DNA from: Candidatus Heimdallarchaeota archaeon
GTDB taxonomy: Archaea > Asgardarchaeota > Heimdallarchaeia > Heimdallarchaeales > Kariarchaeaceae
Length of the DNA: 17,956 bases
NCBI GenBank assembly: GCA_015523565.1
Contig: WAKA01000094.1
Span: 1 to 17,956 of the forward strand
Direction: 5' to 3'
This document shows, in pieces, positions 15,379 to 17,956 of the stretch. The notes below the pieces were generated by a model. It was not told where the DNA came from. It was given only the letters and a program-made list of their open reading frames with translations, and ran no database searches. Numbering within the stretch: position 1 is the first letter of the stretch; every line of letters begins with the position of its first letter. A program made the translations under genes and the position numbers.

Positions 15379-16710
15379 ATGAAATACGACACAATTATAA
15401 TTGGTGCTGGTATATCGGGACTTGTTCTTGCAAATGAACTAACCATGAAAGGTAAAGACAAATCAACGATTCTTGTATTGGAAAAAGAACAAAGACCTGG
15501 TGGCTTAATTGCCACGACCAAAGAAAATGGATTCATATGTGAATGGGGACCAGAAGGGCTTCGTGGTACTTCTGAAAATACAAGTCATGTTTTTAGGTTG
15601 GCAGGAATTGAAAGCCTTCCCTCGACTGAAGAGGCAAAAAAAAGATATATTCTAAAAAAGGGAAAGCTAATTCCTCTTCCAAATGGTCCACTCAAAGCTA
15701 TTTTTTCGTCAATACTGTCCCCAATGGAAAAATTACGTATACTAAAAGAGCCTTTTATTCCATTGGTCGAGAACGACGAAAGCCTTCAAAATTTTTTTAA
15801 AAGGAGATTCGGTAAAGGGGTTCTTCCCCTTGTTGATGCATTTGTGTCTGGTATTTTCGGTGGAGATCCAAATAAGCTAAGTGTTGATTATGCCTTTTCA
15901 ATTCTAAAAAAAGCAGAAAGAGCAAATGGTTCTGTCTTAAAGGGTCTCATGTCCATGGAAAGAAAATCAAAGAAAAAGAAAAAACCGTCCCTACCATTTT
16001 TGGTAACTCCAAAAGGGGGAATGAGCTTCCTCTTGGAACAATTGGCTGAAAATGTACAAGTCAAGTACGGTTTTTGTGTCTCTGAAATTGAATGGTCTGA
16101 AGAAGGTTATCTTTTGAAAACAAACAAAGGTATTTTGTCTGCTAATCGTATAGTTGTTGCAACAGGTACACAAGGGATTTCTAACATTAAAATCAATGGT
16201 AGACCTCCTGCTATCAAACAATCTGTGGCTAATATTGTAGTGATTTCCTTAGGCTATGATTCCAATTCCATTTCCAATCTTCCCCAAGGATATGGATTCC
16301 TTGTACCTGATGAAGAGAAACGATTTATTTTGGGCATTCTTTTTACCTCCAATATTTTTTCCCAAAAAGCACCCCGTGGAAACGTACTTCTCAGATGTTT
16401 TGTCGGGGGTGCCCGACATCCTGAACATGCAGTGCTTAAAGAGGAAACAATAATTAAATATGTCACAAAAGAAGTTGAAGATCTTTTTGGTGTAACTGAA
16501 CCTCCAACATATGTTTCCATACAAAAACACATTTCAAAAGGCATACCTCAACTTAATTTAGGACATCATTCCAATATTAAATGGAAAAATGAAACGGAAA
16601 ATGCAAATCCCAATCTCTATTTTTTGGGATCAGGCTGGACAAGCATCTCTTGTGACGGTCTCATTGGTGAGGCTTTAAAGCTAGCAGATAGGATTCTTTC
16701 TTGCGATTAA
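15379..16710 (+). CDS. hemY: FAD-dependent protoporphyrinogen oxidase (HemY/PgoX type)
   Basis: IIGAGISGL dinucleotide-binding motif, E....PGG, EWGP, SGIFGGDP..LS, GGM, GYGFLVP, LGILFTSNIF and IPQ. AGGTGA SD upstream. Confidence 0.93.
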   Translation: MKYDTIIIGAGISGLVLANELTMKGKDKSTILVLEKEQRPGGLIATTKENGFICEWGPEGLRGTSENTSHVFRLAGIESLPSTEEAKKRYILKKGKLIPLPNGPLKAIFSSILSPMEKLRILKEPFIPLVENDESLQNFFKRRFGKGVLPLVDAFVSGIFGGDPNKLSVDYAFSILKKAERANGSVLKGLMSMERKSKKKKKPSLPFLVTPKGGMSFLLEQLAENVQVKYGFCVSEIEWSEEGYLLKTNKGILSANRIVVATGTQGISNIKINGRPPAIKQSVANIVVISLGYDSNSISNLPQGYGFLVPDEEKRFILGILFTSNIFSQKAPRGNVLLRCFVGGARHPEHAVLKEETIIKYVTKEVEDLFGVTEPPTYVSIQKHISKGIPQLNLGHHSNIKWKNETENANPNLYFLGSGWTSISCDGLIGEALKLADRILSCD

Positions 16711-16773
16711 AATGGATTTTGCATATTTCTGGAAATTCTCTCTGACCGAATAATGTTTTTAGAAAATGATGGT

Positions 16774-17652
16774 TTATTTTGTGGTCTGGATGTAGGTTGT
16801 GATTGCAGGCTTAAAGTCAATTGTATCAAAATTTTCAAGGAGATGTTCTGCCTGTTTTCCGCAAAGAATGGTTAGATGATCTGTTTTTCCATTCAAAAAA
16901 GAAATTACTTGCTTCATCAATGCTTCTGTTGTTTTTTTGTCAGGGACTTTTTCTGTATAGACAGGTCCCATTGACCATTCATTTTCCATCCTTGATATCC
17001 TGCACCATGCCTTCAAATTTCCATCCATGATACAAAACTCATGGGTCTCGTGAACTGAGCTTGGTGGGTTTTCAAGTATTGACAATGCTGTTTCAATAGA
17101 GTATCCGATGTGTTTGCTTAGTAATCTTGCCACTTCTTTTTTTGGGCATTTGTTTCTTGTTTCCTTCCGCTGGCTATCAGCTTTGATTGGCAATACTGCC
17201 CTATAGAGAAGGGCAGAAACAGGTATAAAACCTTTCTTCAGTAGAATTTCCTTCTTTCCCCAATCATATCCAACGTTACAGACTATTGTATTGGCCCCTT
17301 TCAGTCTAAGTCTTTTGATTGCCTCATCAATAAGTTTCCCATCAATTATTGGATCTGGAGGGTAAGTTATTGGCACAGAAAGCATTCCAAATGGAGGGTC
17401 GAGTCTCTTGGCAAACAGTTCGTCTTCTGTTGGCTCATGAACCACTTTGGCAGTAATGAACCCTTTCATTGCATTGTCTTGAATCCAATAAAGTCTTGTT
17501 TCAGGATCGAAATCCTTGGCTGAATATTTTTTTTCAAGAGTTTCTTTATTCGATTGGAAAAAATAACTCCATACTTTCTCCATATTTTTGCCTATTTTCA
17601 CTTGGTTGGCAATGAGCCATTCTTTGTTTTCCAGTGAGAAATGATGTATCAT
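16774..17652 (-). CDS. Putative tandem GNAT-fold acetyltransferase-like protein
   Basis: Two halves have GNAT-like patterns: MKGFITAK..KLIDEAIKRLRLKGANTI..LLKKGF and DGNLKAWC..MGPVYT..ALMKQVISFL..DF. No clear acetyl-CoA R/QxxGxG motif. Confidence 0.55.
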   Translation of the reverse strand: MIHHFSLENKEWLIANQVKIGKNMEKVWSYFFQSNKETLEKKYSAKDFDPETRLYWIQDNAMKGFITAKVVHEPTEDELFAKRLDPPFGMLSVPITYPPDPIIDGKLIDEAIKRLRLKGANTIVCNVGYDWGKKEILLKKGFIPVSALLYRAVLPIKADSQRKETRNKCPKKEVARLLSKHIGYSIETALSILENPPSSVHETHEFCIMDGNLKAWCRISRMENEWSMGPVYTEKVPDKKTTEALMKQVISFLNGKTDHLTILCGKQAEHLLENFDTIDFKPAITTYIQTTK

Positions 17653-17661
17653 TCATAATCC

Positions 17662-17928
17662 CTACATGACTTGTGCGAGAATTGATGCAGCAATTATTTG
17701 GATGGTGGCTGCGAGAAATGCCCCAATGGAAAAGCCATACCTGCCTGGATGGTGAACTGAAAGTTGATCCCCTGGATTTTTGAATCTTAGCATGATTGCT
17801 TCATGTGCTGGCATAAATTTCTTTGCATGCTTGTCCTCGATCAGTTCAACAAAGAATGAAATGGTGGCAAAAAAGAAAGCCGCGGCTCCCCAACTTGCAA
17901 AGCTTTGTGGTACAATGATGTTTATCAC
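17662..17928 (-). CDS. Small hypothetical membrane protein (2 TM)
   Basis: 88 aa with hydrophobic ASWGAAAFFFATISFFV and FSIGAFLAATIQIIAASILA. It ends 9 nt before the GNAT start. The exact start is uncertain because the GTG lies within GAGGTGA. Confidence 0.6.
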   Translation of the reverse strand: MINIIVPQSFASWGAAAFFFATISFFVELIEDKHAKKFMPAHEAIMLRFKNPGDQLSVHHPGRYGFSIGAFLAATIQIIAASILAQVM

Positions 17929-17956
17929 CTCTCTATCTGTTTCAACCTCATATTCA

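Noticed and set aside
15379-16710. Coproporphyrin-dependent pathway (CgoX/CpfC/ChdC)
   Set aside because: True HemN is present, chdC is absent from the operon, and HemH has NMGGP. A chdC elsewhere in the genome cannot be excluded.
16711-16773. Stem-loop terminator between hemY and the GNAT gene
   Set aside because: Only a weak ATTTC-TG-GAAAT dyad and short T runs are present, not enough to call.
7443-17030. Antisense and alternate-frame ORFs within the hem genes and the GNAT gene
   Set aside because: These are short shadow ORFs over well-supported genes, with no recognisable motifs.

Overview
Chromosomal window, most likely from an archaeon. This is an inference from GGTGA/GAGGTGA Shine-Dalgarno motifs, TATA-like boxes about 28-30 nt upstream of SD-less first genes, and a Pro/hydrophobic/basic C-terminal sorting tail; an Asgard/Heimdallarchaeia-type host is a guess. 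The right half is a tightly coupled eight-gene haem operon, hemH-hemA-hemC/D(fusion)-hemB-hemL-hemE-hemN-hemY (7065-16710). It encodes the whole protoporphyrin-dependent route from glutamyl-tRNA to protohaem, with no sirohaem/Ahb, hemF or chdC genes, and is preceded by a 52-bp imperfect palindrome. The left half holds a lone moaA, a secreted and C-terminally anchored GH123/DUF4091-type glycoside hydrolase, and several membrane proteins (one split at a T7 run). It also holds a G+T-skewed 1.4-kb region in which a phased array of 16-bp TGTCA units sits directly upstream of an RHH/coiled-coil/winged-helix protein gene; this array-plus-protein module is the best candidate for an undescribed system. 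The window ends with a tandem-GNAT-like gene and a small membrane protein. No rRNA, tRNA, CRISPR array, transposase or integrase was recognised.
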